Part shown: piece by piece, positions 62,740-64,000 of the stretch | How positions within the stretch are numbered: position 1 is the first letter of the stretch | How the letters are laid out: every line of letters begins with the position of its first letter | Assembly (NCBI GenBank): GCA_002011475.1 | Contig: MTNP01000008.1 | Location: 74,980 to 138,979, forward strand | Length of the DNA: 64,000 nucleotides | Direction: 5' to 3' | Origin: Dehalococcoides sp. JdFR-54 | GTDB taxonomy: Bacteria; Chloroflexota; Dehalococcoidia; JdFR-54 | The notes under the pieces: model-generated | What the model was told of the DNA's origin: nothing | The model's database searches: none | Seen by the model: the letters and a program-made list of their open reading frames with translations, nothing else | Position numbers and translations under genes: made by a program

Positions 62740-63990
62740 TTACCGGCCTTTGGCATAGAGCCGGAAGAGGACCACGGCCAGGCCCGCAAGGGCGAGGGCC
62801 AAGGCACCAGCCAGGGCCACCGCCAGCCACAGGAAACTCTGGCTGGGTGGTGTCTCCAGGGCTGGCGCTGCGGTGGGGGTTGGTGATTCGGTGGGGGGTG
62901 GCACGCCCCCTTCGCCGAGCTCGGCGAGCTGGCTTTCCAGGCGGGTTATGGCCTCTTGAAAACTATCAAAGCCGAACTCGGTGAAGAAGGATACTGTGGC
63001 CACATTGCCCGAGATATCCTTTACCTGCACCGTTTGGGCCCCCTCCCCGGTGATGGGAACGAAGAGCCTGATGGAGAAGGTGCCATCCTCCTGGGTGCGC
63101 CCCGTGGCGGCAATAACCCCCCCTATCTCCACAAAGACCTCGGTCTCCGGCTGGAAATGGTGCCCTTGAATCACGATGTCCCGACTGGCGGGGCCCGAGG
63201 GCGGGGAGATGAAGATGGAGGGGATGGGCATAAGCCGCTTTCGGGCAAAGCCGATCTTCTGATTATATCCCCCCAGCTCGCCCAGGCGGCTGTCCGCCCA
63301 GGTTATGTAAACATCCTCCGCCGTTGCCGCAATGGAGAAGTAATCCCCAATGTAACGGCCCCGGGGGAAGGCGAAGTTGGGGTTCGACGGGAAATCGCTG
63401 ACCCGACTGTTGAGTTCCCAGGTCTGCCCCCGATCCTTGGAACAGGAATAATAGATATGATAGGAAAGCTCAGTGGGGTCATCCCTGGTATCCCCCCATA
63501 TCATGTGGATGGTGCCTTCGGGGTCCACAGCCAGGGCGGGGAAAAACTGGATACGCTGGCTCATATCGTCGCTCACCCTTACCCGACGCCCCCAGGTCCT
63601 GCCCCCATCCAGGGAACGGACCAGGAAGACATCCCCACCATCCTCAGGGTTATCCGTGGGGTGGGCGGTGTAGGCGATATAAACCTCCCCTTCAGAGCCC
63701 AGGGCCATCTGGGGCAAGCCGGTGCCCCAGAGGCGGAAGGAGGCAGACCGGGGCCTGAAGCCAACCTCCAGAAACCTGGCTGCCAAGCGGGGTCGGGAGA
63801 AGGTGCGCCCCCCATCCTCGGAGGCAGCAACCCATATGTCTGCCGTCCCTTTCCAGACACCGTCTTCCCCGCTATCGAACCAGGCGACGTAGAGGGTGCC
63901 GTCCCGGCCCACCAGGGGCTGAGACCCCTGAACCACGCGGCGGGCGATCTCCCCACCCCCCCAAATCTGTACCCGGGGGCTCACTTCCAC
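62740..63990 (-). CDS. BNR/Asp-box (sialidase-like) surface protein with Ig-like domain and C-terminal anchor, 5'-partial
   Basis: Asp boxes SEDGGRTF, SLDGGRTW, SKDRGQTW; YIGDY; ISPPSGP Ig-like start; PPPTESPTPT + TM; frame continues past the window end. Confidence 0.8.
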   Translation of the reverse strand: MEVSPRVQIWGGGEIARRVVQGSQPLVGRDGTLYVAWFDSGEDGVWKGTADIWVAASEDGGRTFSRPRLAARFLEVGFRPRSASFRLWGTGLPQMALGSEGEVYIAYTAHPTDNPEDGGDVFLVRSLDGGRTWGRRVRVSDDMSQRIQFFPALAVDPEGTIHMIWGDTRDDPTELSYHIYYSCSKDRGQTWELNSRVSDFPSNPNFAFPRGRYIGDYFSIAATAEDVYITWADSRLGELGGYNQKIGFARKRLMPIPSIFISPPSGPASRDIVIQGHHFQPETEVFVEIGGVIAATGRTQEDGTFSIRLFVPITGEGAQTVQVKDISGNVATVSFFTEFGFDSFQEAITRLESQLAELGEGGVPPPTESPTPTAAPALETPPSQSFLWLAVALAGALALALAGLAVVLFRLYAKGR

Positions 63991-64000
63991 CGGCCGGCTC

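Overview
Bacterial chromosome segment, most consistent with an anaerobic Chloroflexota (Dehalococcoidia-like) organism. The basis is bacterial 16S/23S/5S rRNA, prfA-prmC, etfAB, panC and sigma70-type promoters; the taxon itself is inferred. Layout: (1) 1-13.5 kb, anaerobic amino-acid/aldehyde/acyl-CoA catabolism (B12-binding protein, LUD-FeS-CCG fusion, aldehyde:ferredoxin oxidoreductase, Leu/Val/Phe-type dehydrogenase, DUF362, sarcosine/proline-dehydrogenase-like subunits, a CoA-transferase pair). (2) About 15.0-28.4 kb, a visibly lower-GC, decaying island at the 3' end of tRNA-Ile(GAT). It is bounded by 9-bp direct repeats whose inner flanks reconstitute a palindromic serine-integrase-like attP, and it carries an MCM-like AAA+ ATPase, an IS3 remnant, CoA transferases, a frameshifted peptide ABC transporter and 2-hydroxyacyl-CoA dehydratase subunits. 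(3) A split and permuted rRNA locus (23S-5S, etfBA, then 16S-tRNA-Ile), each part with its own promoter. (4) Housekeeping genes, including a pan-motif-led operon headed by a DmpA-family peptidase, and Rrf2-iscS. (5) The highlight: a complete archaellum (archaeal flagellum) cluster in a bacterium (arlB1, arlB2, arlC/D/E-like, arlG, arlF x2, arlH, arlI, arlJ, two membrane proteins and a bacterial-type prepilin peptidase). (6) An archaeal-style peptide ABC transporter and a BNR-repeat surface protein. All calls come from reading motifs; no database searches were run.
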